Below, in pieces: positions 9,398 to 21,100 of a DNA stretch of 64,000 bases. Position numbers and translations under genes: made by a program. Position 1 is the stretch's first letter, and the number at the start of each line of letters is the position of its first letter. The stretch comes from a virus, in the IMG/VR virus record IMGVR_UViG_3300023174_000089, positions 1-64,000 of that record, one strand, 5' to 3'. The notes beneath the pieces are model-generated. The model was given only the letters and a program-made list of their open reading frames with translations, had not been told where the DNA came from and made no database searches.

Positions 9398-10003
9398 CTA
9401 AAAACTTCCGCCATCCTTTGTTATATCGGATTTAGTAAATACTTCAAGAGTATTCTCTATTGGTGTCACACTCACTTTCTCATCATCTAACTTTTTTCTT
9501 TTGGCAGGAGTTAATTGTAAATAGTCAATTTTATCACTCAATTCTTTAATGGTTTTTTCGTAACCATTTTTCAAATCATTAATTTGATTTTCATAATCTC
9601 TTTTACTTCTTTCAAATTCTTCACGAGTTTTTGATAGTTCATTTCTAAACGTATCAACGTGTTGAACCTGATGTTTTACATTTTCATATTCATTTTTAAG
9701 TTTGTCCGCTTCAGCAATTCGTTCATTTAGATTTTTAATGGTATCTAAATGTTCTTTAATACTATTTTCCAGGTTTTGGTATTTTTCTTGATCAGAAACC
9801 TGTTTACTATCTTTTAAAGATTGATTTTCTTTTTGCAAAGAATCAATAGTATTTTTTAATTCACCAATTGCTTTAACTTGATCCTCAGTTGTTTCTTTAC
9901 TAATTCTTTCGTTTGTTTGTAATGATATGTTCCTAAGCAAACAATCATTCATTGTGGCGATTAAATTTTCAATATAATAATTAACAAACTTTTCATTTCC
10001 CAT
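9398..10003 (-). CDS. Coiled-coil protein with C-terminal DGGSF
   Basis: Long E/K-rich heptad pattern; AGGAG RBS. Confidence 0.6.
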   Translation of the reverse strand: MGNEKFVNYYIENLIATMNDCLLRNISLQTNERISKETTEDQVKAIGELKNTIDSLQKENQSLKDSKQVSDQEKYQNLENSIKEHLDTIKNLNERIAEADKLKNEYENVKHQVQHVDTFRNELSKTREEFERSKRDYENQINDLKNGYEKTIKELSDKIDYLQLTPAKRKKLDDEKVSVTPIENTLEVFTKSDITKDGGSF

Positions 10004-10023
10004 TTCAAACTCCTAAATTGTAG

Positions 10024-10041
10024 GGCCACCCGAAGGTGGCC
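10024..10041 (-). terminator. cUUCGg tetraloop hairpin (terminator or RNA-stability element)
   Basis: Minus strand GGCCACC-TTCG-GGTGGCC, intergenic. UUCG hairpins are typical of T4-like intergenic regions, but the U-tract is weak. Confidence 0.55.
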
Positions 10042-10073
10042 ACATAAAAAATAATATAGATTACAAAACTACT

Positions 10074-11873
10074 TTAGAATGTACCACCATCTAAAGCAGT
10101 AGACCAAACTGGAACACCAGCATTTGTAACGGTGAGAATTTGGTTAGTCCATGTTTGATCAGCAGTACCTGCGGCAGCAGTTACGAGTAGACCATCAGTA
10201 GAATTACCATATATGATACCGTTAGTGGTAAATGTTGAACGACCTGTACCGCCTTGGCCAACAGTTAAACCAGAAATTGCTTGTTGTGTAAATGTTGTTA
10301 CACGGCCATAGGCATCGGTAGCAATTGAACCAACTGTATTTGCAGAAGTAACACTAACAGAAATTGTCGATACGTTAGCAACAGTTTGTAAAGCACCTGT
10401 TCCATTTCCAACGACCATTTGGCCAGAAGTAAACGTTGAAGCTCCTGTACCACCACGAGTTACACCTAATGTACCAGCAGTAATCTGCGAAGCATCAATT
10501 GCAATGTCAGCACCAGTAGCAGCAGTTACACGACCATAAGCATCAACTGTGAGTGATGTAATAGTCTTAGAAGCAGATAAAGAGCCAGTTAATGAATAAG
10601 AAGCATTTGCAAGGCTCTTTAATGAACTGTTTCCATCAGCAACAACCATTTGGCCAAAAGTAAAGCTTGATGAGGCTTGGACGGATCCGTTCGCCTTATC
10701 AAAAGCAGCTTGTGCCTTGGTGTCAGCATGAGTAATATTAGTATTTTGTGTTGCATCTACGCCTTGTGTGTAGATGGTGTTAGCATTTGCATTACTTGCT
10801 GTTGTTGATGTTGTATTGGCAAGGTTATAAAGACCTTGAATGTGTGTATTTAAGTTGTATCCGTTATTAATAATGCCAGCGGATTTAACATAACCAACAT
10901 TAATGTTTGCTGTATTAAAGCTTGCGTTGGCTACGTCAATACTATTACCAGTTAATTCTGGTGTATATCCATCAAATACGTAATATTCTTTTGTGCCTGC
11001 ATCACGGAATATACCAGTATGTCTTGCAACACTAGAACCGTCCGTGTAATGTGCAGCAAAACCGATATCAACAGAATCAGCTGTATTGTTTGCCGCTAAG
11101 ATGATTAATGGGTCAGCAACGTTTAAGGTATTTGTATTGGTTACAGTTTGTGTACCTTGAACGATTAAGTTACCAGCAATTGTTACAGAACCATCAATTG
11201 TTTGACTTGTGATTGCTGTATTAGAACGAACAACAGTTGTATCAACATCTAACGTGATGGTGTTAGCTGTGATGGCTGAAGTAATACCAGCACCACCAAC
11301 TACATATAGTGTTTCGCCACCATCAATAGCTGTTGTACCGGAATCACCAGCGATACCAAATGAAGTGGAAATCGACTGTGTTGAAATGGCTGTAACACGA
11401 CCGTTAGCAGCAACAGTTACAACTGGAATGGCAGTAGAAGAACCGTAAGTTCCACCACTTAGACCGGGAATAGAGTTCAGACTAGCACTTAAAACAACAC
11501 CAGCTGTACCATCAAATCCAACGGCGGCCGATGTAATATCACCACCTGAAATTTCAAAGTTTCTAGGATTGGTTAATTTATTGGCTTGTTCTGCTGTACC
11601 AGCAATTGTACCAACAATATTGGCAAAAATGTAATTGAACGAAGCATTACCCGTAGGATCTCGTTTAACTAGGGTTCCGCCTGTGGCAGCACTAGTAGCA
11701 TTATCAATAGTTTGTGTATATAATATACCACCAACGTTGATAACACCATTACCAGCGGCTGTGCCTAAGAATAATGTGTTTGATAGATACGAATACGCTA
11801 ATTCACCGGCTGCCAGCGAACTTGGCTTACTTGTGCTCGATGAGCGTTTAATTAAAATATTTGTATTTGCCAT
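10074..11873 (-). CDS. Tail-fibre-like protein
   Basis: ILIKRS...GELAYSY head, GNLIVQGT...DPLIILA module, VDAYGRVT and GGTG repeats; ends in LDGGTF. Confidence 0.75.
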   Translation of the reverse strand: MANTNILIKRSSSTSKPSSLAAGELAYSYLSNTLFLGTAAGNGVINVGGILYTQTIDNATSAATGGTLVKRDPTGNASFNYIFANIVGTIAGTAEQANKLTNPRNFEISGGDITSAAVGFDGTAGVVLSASLNSIPGLSGGTYGSSTAIPVVTVAANGRVTAISTQSISTSFGIAGDSGTTAIDGGETLYVVGGAGITSAITANTITLDVDTTVVRSNTAITSQTIDGSVTIAGNLIVQGTQTVTNTNTLNVADPLIILAANNTADSVDIGFAAHYTDGSSVARHTGIFRDAGTKEYYVFDGYTPELTGNSIDVANASFNTANINVGYVKSAGIINNGYNLNTHIQGLYNLANTTSTTASNANANTIYTQGVDATQNTNITHADTKAQAAFDKANGSVQASSSFTFGQMVVADGNSSLKSLANASYSLTGSLSASKTITSLTVDAYGRVTAATGADIAIDASQITAGTLGVTRGGTGASTFTSGQMVVGNGTGALQTVANVSTISVSVTSANTVGSIATDAYGRVTTFTQQAISGLTVGQGGTGRSTFTTNGIIYGNSTDGLLVTAAAGTADQTWTNQILTVTNAGVPVWSTALDGGTF

Positions 11874-11916
11874 TTCTTTTTCCTTATTATTAGGCTAAAT
11901 TATCCACTACTACTAT

Positions 11917-12153
11917 TTAGAAATTTCCACCGTCTACTGTGGCTACATTAATGTTACCATTTTGATCTCTAAGAACTACTGTATTTGCTACACTTTCCGT
12001 TGTGGTCAAACCACCAATTGTAATAATTTGACCGTTTCTGTCACCAATAAAAAACGTATTGGATACAAAAGAGTATGCTAATTCACCATCATCTAAAGTA
12101 GATGGCCGTGTATTTGCATATGAACGGAGTATCTGTATGGTCGTATTGGCCAT
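11917..12153 (-). CDS. Small fibre adaptor (head domain plus DGGNF tail only)
   Basis: IQILRS...GELAYSF head; ends in VDGGNF. Confidence 0.6.
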   Translation of the reverse strand: MANTTIQILRSYANTRPSTLDDGELAYSFVSNTFFIGDRNGQIITIGGLTTTESVANTVVLRDQNGNINVATVDGGNF

Positions 12154-12377
12154 CAGAACTCTCCGGCATCTAAACTTGCTGCAGCTCCAGAAACGGGAGC
12201 CAACTTAAATGTGTTTGTATTTGCTTGATAAACCATAACGTCACCATCAGCTGCACCAGTTATTGACAGGTCAGTAGCACTTTTTAATGTTCTACCACCA
12301 TAAGTAATTGACCTAACTGAATTGGTTTTTTGAGTATTAACTTGCACATTGACTGTGCCTATAGTTTGTCCTGGCAT
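12153..12377 (-). CDS. Small virion protein
   Basis: Translationally coupled ORF ending in LDAGEF. Confidence 0.55.
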   Translation of the reverse strand: MPGQTIGTVNVQVNTQKTNSVRSITYGGRTLKSATDLSITGAADGDVMVYQANTNTFKLAPVSGAAASLDAGEF

Positions 12378-12379
12378 GT

Positions 12380-12721
12380 CTAAAACCTAGTTACTTGTGG
12401 AAGAACGCTAACAGTACCTTCCAATACTCTAGTAATCGTGTTAGCGGCATCTTTAATTGCCACATCATATACGTATCTACCTGCAGCAATATTGGCTGTT
12501 GTGTTTGCAGCTAGATTTAAAATAATACCACCTTCAGTTGGTGTAGGAATAGTCACTACAAATGTTGCCGTTGCATTGGCTGAGTAGTAAGACCTTCTTA
12601 TTTGTCCTTTTGCTGTAACACCAGTTAGGTCATAGGCCACACCATCTATATCATCTAAAGTGATGGTCGTGGTGAAGGTTGTACCTTGTTCTAAAAATAA
12701 GTCCTGATAACCTGCTGGCAT
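12380..12721 (-). CDS. Ig-like virion structural/adaptor protein
   Basis: EQGTTF...YDLTG..AKGQIR...GRYVYDV...RVLEG pattern common in phage tail regions. Confidence 0.6.
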   Translation of the reverse strand: MPAGYQDLFLEQGTTFTTTITLDDIDGVAYDLTGVTAKGQIRRSYYSANATATFVVTIPTPTEGGIILNLAANTTANIAAGRYVYDVAIKDAANTITRVLEGTVSVLPQVTRF

Positions 12722-12746
12722 TCTCTATCCTATATGGTATTTAGTT

Positions 12747-14942
12747 TTACTCTTGTTTGGATTTGAGTAAATCCACTTCAGCTTTTAGTTCTTTTATTGC
12801 TTCAACCAATAAAGGTACCAACCTTTCATATCGAATCGTTAAATACTGTTCATCAATAGGTGCTGGCGCCACAACTTCAGGCATAACTTTTTGAACATCT
12901 TGAGCCGAAAGACCTACTTCTCTAACAGGTTTATATCCTAATTGCTGAGCAGTTTCATTGGCTTCATGATAGAAACCAGTTAATGTATTAAGTTTATCGA
13001 GAGCATTTTCTATATGACCCAATCGAGTTTTCAATCGATCATCTGAGAAATAGGCAGTAATATTACCAATTGCACGGAGGTCACCAGCAGTATTGGCTGG
13101 GTTGGTACCAACACCGACAGAGAAGAATCGAACATTGCTTCCTATACCAAGACTTTGATCTATGGTTAAACCAGTTATACCTCCAGCCGTTCCTGAAATA
13201 GCACCGGTAATTTTTGAACCAGCCAGAGATGTGATGAAAGAAGGATTGGCATACGAACCAGTCGTGTATACACCATTGGTAACTGTGTTGGCATTTCCTG
13301 TGATATTAATGCTAGCGGTACCACCACCAGTTCCACCCAAAGCTAAACCAATTGCTGTGTTTACGAATGCTGTTGTAGCGATTTGTGTTGAGTTTGTACC
13401 ATTGGCTGCTGTAGGAGCAGCTGGCACACCTGTGAATGTTGGGCTAGCAATCGTGGCTTTTCTTGTTTCTAAATCTTGTATCGCTAATTGAATTGTATTT
13501 TGACTAGCAATAATACCACCAAATGGTGCCGTAAATGTTATATTGTTAGCAAAGAAAGGACCACGAGTTGTCCAATATATGGTGTTTGCATTAGCCGCTA
13601 ATACTGATCCGTTGGCCACACCTACAGTAGAAGGTAGTAAGTTAATTAAACCTTGAACTTTATCAGATGCACCAATACCACCATTGTCGATTGAGAGTGG
13701 GTTGCCTAAACTATAGATACTATTGAATGTTGGATTAGAGAGTGTACCTAAATCTTGTGGTGTATTAACAAATACTGTATTTCCTGTGGCTGAAATAACA
13801 ACGCCATTATTACTGCTAAATGACATTCTTCCGTTAGTGGCTACAGCAGAAGAACCTGTTGTGCCTGTAAATACATTTGCAGAAGTGTTTGCACGAGCAA
13901 AAGATGTATTGGAATAATTACTTACAGCTGCAAGATTAGTTGTTAATGTGTTTACGTTTTCTGTAAATGTATTTGTGTTGGCTTGTAACTGTAATTGTAA
14001 ATTATTAATTGCTGCTGATGTGGCCACATTTGAAGAACTATTTAAATTTGTATTATCACTCAGATGCATATTGGTTAACAGTCTGAAGTGTTGACCATTC
14101 TGAACATCTAACGTTTCCCAATATTTAAGAGATTCATTCCAACGGAAAGAAGCATTTGCACCACTAACACCACGATCAACACCTAATGTGCTCGTTTGAC
14201 CTGCTCCACCTCCAGCATTTAATATAAAGGTGTTGGAGGAATATACAGTTGGTGAACTAACTACAAAGTTTCCAGATACAGTTAAACTACCAGCTACAAA
14301 ACTATCAAAGTTTCCAACTCGACCAAAGAAATCTCTGCCTCGAACATCTGTTGTTACATTTAAATCAGATGTGACGTTGGATGTCAAATTCAAATATGTG
14401 GTTGTTATCTGGTTATTAGCAGTGATGTCTTGAAAATAACCTCTTGTTGTTGCATTAATAACAGGAGCCGTTACGGCATTATTTGCTCTTAGATTATTAA
14501 CGAAAGCGGAGCCAGTTGTGTTTAATGTAGAAGTTAAAACAACATTGTTTGATGTTAAATTATTAACAAATGCTGTGCCGGTAACATTAAGTGTTGATGT
14601 TCTTACTAGTGTATTTGCTGTAATATTATCAGTAACTATTTGTCTGTGTATGATTGCATTGTTTGCAACTTGTAACGTGAATCCAGGAGCATCCAAATAA
14701 ACGTTTGCAAGTAATGTTGCGTCACCACCAACGGCCAAAGTTGTTGAAATTATTCCTGCACCAAGAGATGCTGTGTTTGTTACAGATAAACCAGTACCAA
14801 TACCGTTTAGGTAGAGTGTTCCACTATCTTTAGTATAATTATTAGCGCCAAGATTGTTTAATTCCTTGGCCATAATATTCTCTTGGGTGAGTAAATCACC
14901 AAAGGTATTTGTGAAGTTTAAAACGGATACGGTATTAGCCAT
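12747..14942 (-). CDS. Tail fibre with C-terminal intramolecular chaperone (peptidase S74-like)
   Basis: GNITAYFSDDRLK...GLSAQDVQKVMPEVV...IRYERLVPLLVEAIKEL autocleaving chaperone signature. Confidence 0.85.
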   Translation of the reverse strand: MANTVSVLNFTNTFGDLLTQENIMAKELNNLGANNYTKDSGTLYLNGIGTGLSVTNTASLGAGIISTTLAVGGDATLLANVYLDAPGFTLQVANNAIIHRQIVTDNITANTLVRTSTLNVTGTAFVNNLTSNNVVLTSTLNTTGSAFVNNLRANNAVTAPVINATTRGYFQDITANNQITTTYLNLTSNVTSDLNVTTDVRGRDFFGRVGNFDSFVAGSLTVSGNFVVSSPTVYSSNTFILNAGGGAGQTSTLGVDRGVSGANASFRWNESLKYWETLDVQNGQHFRLLTNMHLSDNTNLNSSSNVATSAAINNLQLQLQANTNTFTENVNTLTTNLAAVSNYSNTSFARANTSANVFTGTTGSSAVATNGRMSFSSNNGVVISATGNTVFVNTPQDLGTLSNPTFNSIYSLGNPLSIDNGGIGASDKVQGLINLLPSTVGVANGSVLAANANTIYWTTRGPFFANNITFTAPFGGIIASQNTIQLAIQDLETRKATIASPTFTGVPAAPTAANGTNSTQIATTAFVNTAIGLALGGTGGGTASINITGNANTVTNGVYTTGSYANPSFITSLAGSKITGAISGTAGGITGLTIDQSLGIGSNVRFFSVGVGTNPANTAGDLRAIGNITAYFSDDRLKTRLGHIENALDKLNTLTGFYHEANETAQQLGYKPVREVGLSAQDVQKVMPEVVAPAPIDEQYLTIRYERLVPLLVEAIKELKAEVDLLKSKQE

Positions 14943-14944
14943 TA

Positions 14945-15163
14945 TTATTTCCTGGATGATAACTGAAGTAACATTTCTTTGATGACTTTGATATCATCTT
15001 TCACTTCGTTAATTTCATTTTTAATTTTATTTATTTCTTCTTTTTGGTTGCCCATCAGTTGTTTTTTAAAGTTATATTCTTCCAAACCAGCATTATCAAC
15101 ATTGATTAATGCCATTGTTTTGGTATCTCTTATAAAGGTCGTACCAGGAACTTTAACTAACAT
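14945..15163 (-). CDS. Conserved small coiled-coil protein (likely start MLVKVPG at 15163)
   Basis: ATG sits right after the stop of the upstream gene; RD..T.ALIN.D motif plus C-terminal coiled coil. Confidence 0.6.
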   Translation of the reverse strand: MLVKVPGTTFIRDTKTMALINVDNAGLEEYNFKKQLMGNQKEEINKIKNEINEVKDDIKVIKEMLLQLSSRK

Positions 15164-15164
15164 A

Positions 15165-18100
15165 TTAGACCGCCGATGGTAGAGCGATAGCACGAATGTC
15201 CGATAGATACGGAACAAAGGTGTTATCTGATGTTGCTAAAACAATCTTAATGGCAAATTGGCTAAAATTATTATACGTCTGGTTTGTTACGCCACTTGTA
15301 TAAGAAACATAGTTTTGTGGTTTACTTAATGTTCCTGGAGCAGCAACAAATTCATACGTATTATCTCTTGTTTGAGAATATAATGAATCACTATTATTGA
15401 TCAATGTCATTAATTGCCAATTTCCATCTTCGAATTTCTGTGTATCGTTTCTCGAAAGTATCTTATAGTAAACATAGATGTTTGTATTCACAGGACGATA
15501 AGCGGTGAAGTAAACTCTTAAATCACCAGAATCAAAGCCTTGATTCAAAACAACTTTCTTGGTAAAGTATTTTGCTAAGGCATTACCACCAGACTTAGAT
15601 GTTTCTCCTGCTACAATAATAGAAGCATTTGAATTTCCTGAACGTGTGGCATTATCTGTAACTGTGATTGTAGGTGTTGTCAAGTAACCAGAACCAGAAT
15701 TTGTAATGTAAACATTATCAATAACTCCACCAACTACATTGGCTACAGCCGTAGCACCTGTTCCATAGCCATCGGTTGAATTTACAGTTACAGAAACAGT
15801 TTGTGCATTGTATCCTGTTCCACCTGAAGCAACTGTTATAACATTATTGGACAATCCAAGATTGTTAATATTCCATGTAATACTATACACACTTAAACCA
15901 TCATCTGAAATTACAGGAGAAACTGCATCGTTTACAGAACTCATTGTTGCAAATAGTGAGAACGAGGTATTCGAATTTGCATCCAATACACGTTGACCCA
16001 ATCCATCATTCAAATAAATGTCATCATAGGTTGGTGTACCAAATTTTCCTGGTGTTACACTTGCTGCAGGTGCACCCGTGTAGGATGATTTTACTGTTGA
16101 AGAATATTGGTAACTTAGAGCGGTTGTACCAGGTATAAAATCAGTTGTTGATACGTTAAAAGCATCAACAGAGATATCTGTATTTGCAAATGAAGTACCT
16201 AGATTTGAGATTGTGTTTGCATTCAAGTAATAGTCAATCTCTTGACCAACAAACTTTCTATATGGTAGTTTCTTAGGTACAACAAACTGTATCTGTGGTT
16301 GTGTACCAACATTAAACTTACAACGTTCAACCACAAACATCATTGATTCATTTTGATCTGCTGTCCATGTTTGTGAATTTTGTGACAAGAATAAAGAACC
16401 AACATATGGAGCTGAACTAATTTTGGTAATAGTTGATGGTGTTGGATCTGTTGGTAAGTTTTTAACGGAAGAAGAAATAGCCGTATCACCATTCTGTGCT
16501 GTATAAATTGTATACTCATTGGATGTAGGACATTTCAAAATGAATGCATACAATTTGTTTGGTTCCAAATAAACTGGTGTTGGGAACTTGAATACAGTAT
16601 ATGTATTAGAATCTAAGTAATGTGGATTATTAGATGTCTTGATATGTTCAGATGTTAATGTTACCTGAGAATGATCTAATGTTTCTCCACTAGGATATCC
16701 ATTAACTGTACCTACAATCGATAAAGTTACTGGTGCAAATCCTGTAGAAGGTTTGGTAGCAAAGAAAAACTTCACAGAATCAATAAAGCATCCATTTGGA
16801 TAGTTATCTTTATCAATAATGAATGTTTGTGCTACAGGATCCCAAACTGTTGTATAGTTATAACTTGTTTGGTTTGTCTTGGTTGATGTTTGTGTAAATG
16901 TATTCTTAGCTGAATCGATAGAAGAAGCGTAGTTTACACCTTGTTTAGTTGTCTGTAAACCAGAAGCATAGAATGTGGCTTCTGAGAATGTTGTAGCTGA
17001 ATCTAAATTGCCAGCAATTCTATTATCAATTCTGAATGCTCTTTGACCTGTATGGAAAGTAGCACCAGGTATTGCAAAGATGCCTGACAACATACCAACT
17101 TCATTTGTTGTTAATTTACCAATCGAGTAAATATCTCCTGCTGTAGTTGTGATTGCACTTGATAGTGTTGCAGTCTTAGTTGTTGTATTAAAGGCACTAA
17201 TTACTGCTGACTGGCCTGCACCAGTTCCGTTGATGATGTAGACTGTGTTACCGGTGTAAATATCGGTAGTTGCTGATGATGCAGACAACTGAATAGATGT
17301 TGTTGAGTTTGCACTTCTCAGTATTCCGGATATGCTGGTGTATGAAGATATTTTACCACTGGCTGTTGTTGATTGATACTGACCCGAACTATTAAATTTA
17401 GAGTTTTGTAATGTTACACCAGCTGTAAATGTCATTCCCTCTAAACCAATAACATATAAACGAACATCAGTAGTTCCTGGATAAGCATAGTAGGAAATTA
17501 CTTTTGCATAAGGAGTAAAATTGCCTCCAGCATATACACCAATAATATCACCATCAACAAACGATCCAGTGACGTTAATCAATTCTAATATGTTTGGTCT
17601 ACGAACATACTTATCAACCAATATGCCATCAAAGTAGGCATGAACATCGGTATTAACCAACATACCATATGTATTGAATTGTAAGAACTGTTTACGAATG
17701 TATGGCAGAATACTAACGTCAGTAATGTAGCCCGCAGTTTCAAGATAACTAGAATTTAATTTATCGTATTTACCTAATACAGTTTTTTGTTGTTGTTCTG
17801 TGTAAGTTGTAACTTGATTTACACGCCAGTTTCTACCAGAAGCAATAACATTATCTGTTGTGGTTGAAACTGTAGTTTTCCAATCACCCACCTGTAATAC
17901 GTTTACTTGATCACTTGCTCTATAGACTTGTAAATTGGGATCAACAATCAATAAGTCTGGAGCTTTCTCTGTGTCAACCCAATTGTCCATTGGAGGAGTT
18001 AAATCCATTACACCAGAATTTAATGTAACAGCAAACGGATTTAAATTAACGGTACGAGAAGCAATTTGTTGAGTAATTACATTTGCTGTTGTATATGATA

Positions 18101-21100
18101 GGGTGAAGAAATTAGATTTACCAGAAGTTGAAATATTATATCCTAGATTGTTTGCACTTGTAGAATCTAATTGTCCCATATTGTATATCAAAGAAATTGA
18201 TTGCAATGGGAAATTTTTGACTACTTGTGATGCAGTCATCTGTTTGGTTCTACGATTAACAGTAACCAAATAGTCAAGATTAGAAGTATCAGAAGATGCA
18301 TAACTAGAAAAATCATCAACTAAAATTCCATTTTTGAAACGATTCAATCCGTTACTATCAGGAATTTGTAATGATGCTGCACCTTTTTCTAATACATTCA
18401 ATGCTGTATAGTATTCAATGTTGTTAACACGACTTTCTAAATCAGAAATATCTCGCATCAACCAACGTTTATGTTTAACTCTTTCAATCGAAAGGTTAGG
18501 TAATTTGCCTGTTGCTTCACCTGGAATGTATGCTGTATATGGATCATGTGTCAAATTTGCAATCACCAATGCACCATCAGGTTCATTAGGAGAAATTGGA
18601 TTAGAAGATGGTGTACCTTGAATGATCTCAAAAGAACGGTCTTTGGTTAAAATTAATTTATCTTTTCTAGCCAAATAATATCCAAAATCAGATTCAAATA
18701 CAGATAGGTCGACTGGAATATAAGCACCTAAAGCACCAGAGCCAGAAGAACTTGCTCTGATTGTGAAGTTAGTTTGAGCATTAACTAATGATGGTCTGAA
18801 ATCTAAACAATCTCTTAGTTGATATAAATTACCTGTTGAACTTGTATATGATGGTATCTGTGCATAGTTTTCAGGTGAAGAAGAAATTGGTGCCAAGTAT
18901 GACATTACAGAATAATATCCATCACCACCTGTTGTTGCATAGTAATCTAATACAACAAGTAAGTTACCTTTGATTGCTGGTTGACCTATGCCTAATGTAA
19001 CTGTGGCAAAATCATAGTGTGAATCTCTTTGACCATTATCAAAAGTAAATCGATTGGTAACATCATATGAAGGGTCAGATAACATGGCGTTTGTTGGGAA
19101 TGTTCCTTGAGCCTTAGTATCAATGATCTTTACAATTCGTTTTACATCAGTAATGTATAATTTTTGTGGTGATCCAGGATTAACAATTCCTTGCCAAGTA
19201 ATATAAACCTGACCATTATTAGTATCAACAGATGTGTAACTATTTACCGTGGTGCCAGAAAGATTAACACCAGTTGTATTACCTGTTACCAAGTTTTTAG
19301 CTTTGATGATATAACTGGTATCATTACCAGCTTTAACAAAAGCCTTTGCAATAATTGTTCCAGTAAATGCAGTTAAATCAGATGTTGGTGTTGTGAACGT
19401 TGCTGTTGATCCTGCACCAGTGATAGCACAAGTCCTGGATAATATGTTCCAAGGAACGACTTGACCAACTTTTAATCCTGCATTTGAACCAGGATTTGTA
19501 ACTATAATTTGAAAGTTTTGGGAAACAGCGTCAGCCGATAAAGTTCCAGAACCTAAAAATGCCAGTGTGGAAACTGGTGCCGAACCAAAAGTTAATGTTG
19601 CAACAATATTTCCACCAGAAATACCAAATGCAACGTTTCTAAACACTTGTGTTGTAACATAAGAAGTGTTGTTTGCATAACTTACATACTCATTACCTAA
19701 ATTAAACAATAATTCAGGTGCATTTGGATTTTGAAGTACCGTATCAGCAAGAACATCATTAGTTGCTTTGCTTGATGTATCAATTGTTGCATTAGCTGTA
19801 ACTGTGTATGGTGTTCCAGATGTTGCCTTGACAATAGTTTCTATATCTGTTACATCAAATCTCAAAGTAAACTGTGAAGATGTCGTTGGTGATAATGTAA
19901 ATGGACGGTCAACATAGGCCACTTTTGCTGCAGCATCGTAACTCGTAATTACACGAAAATCTCCAGCAGAGGTGCCTTTATCAATACTTACTGTTACATT
20001 ATAGTAAGCATTGGCCACATTTGAAAACTGATTTGTATTTGGTAATGTTATATAAGTATTATTCGCTGAGTTGCTAGCAACGTTTGCAGTCAGAGTTTGA
20101 TTTTGTAAACCAAAAACGTATGCTTTATACACGTAAGCCGAACCATTGGCTGTATTAGATGTGCTAGAATATACCATATTTCTGATATATCCTGTTGCTG
20201 CTTTGGTTGAATTATATGACGCTTCGTTGGTTAAAACAATACTTGATTTATCTACTGTATGAAAATCAACAGAAGGCAAAGTTGTTACATCAAATACACC
20301 GTTAGCGGAGTTTACAAAAAAGTAATTTCCATAATCAATAAATGTAGGATTATTTGAAACAGAATCTTGTGCTCTTGCTCGGTCGTTGGTTAACTTTACT
20401 TCACTTTGATTTTCTAATCTATAACCACGAACATAAGAAATGCCTTTAGAAATACCAAGGTCATATTTGCTTGAATTAACTGTATTTGCTTTTGGTGTTA
20501 ATGTATAATCATTGACAATGAAATCACCATTGGTGTCATTGGTTCTTTTAGCAAAGTAATCATCAATAACTGAATAGACAGTTCCATTAACTTGTTTTTG
20601 AACTGTGCCTTCAGATAAACGAACTAATTCAATAAAACTATCATCATCACCTAAGGTCAATGGTCGTGTTTCAAGTGCCAATGTAATTTGATAACGATCA
20701 GCACCAGGTGCTTGATAGTTAGTGGCGTTTAAAGCAGGATCCAATAATGTAGTATCATCATTCGAATCAATGATTGTTTCGGTTGAATTTAAACCTACTC
20801 TTAAAGATGGGTTTGCACTATATTTTGAAAGTATAATTGTATCTTCAGAAACAGTTACAAAGTTTCCACGAACATAAAAAATACCTTTTGAAATTGATGC
20901 TACTGATCCTTTTCCTGTTGCTTCGTTACCTATGGATGATGTAATGATTGTTGCAACATAGTTTGAACCATTTAAGTATACTGTATCACCACTAGCAAAT
21001 TGACTACCAGTGATGTATGTTACCATCAATGTGGGTAAATCACCGGCAACTCCAGCGGCTGTTGATGTTGCTTCAGCATAGGCTACAACCTTTGCAACGA

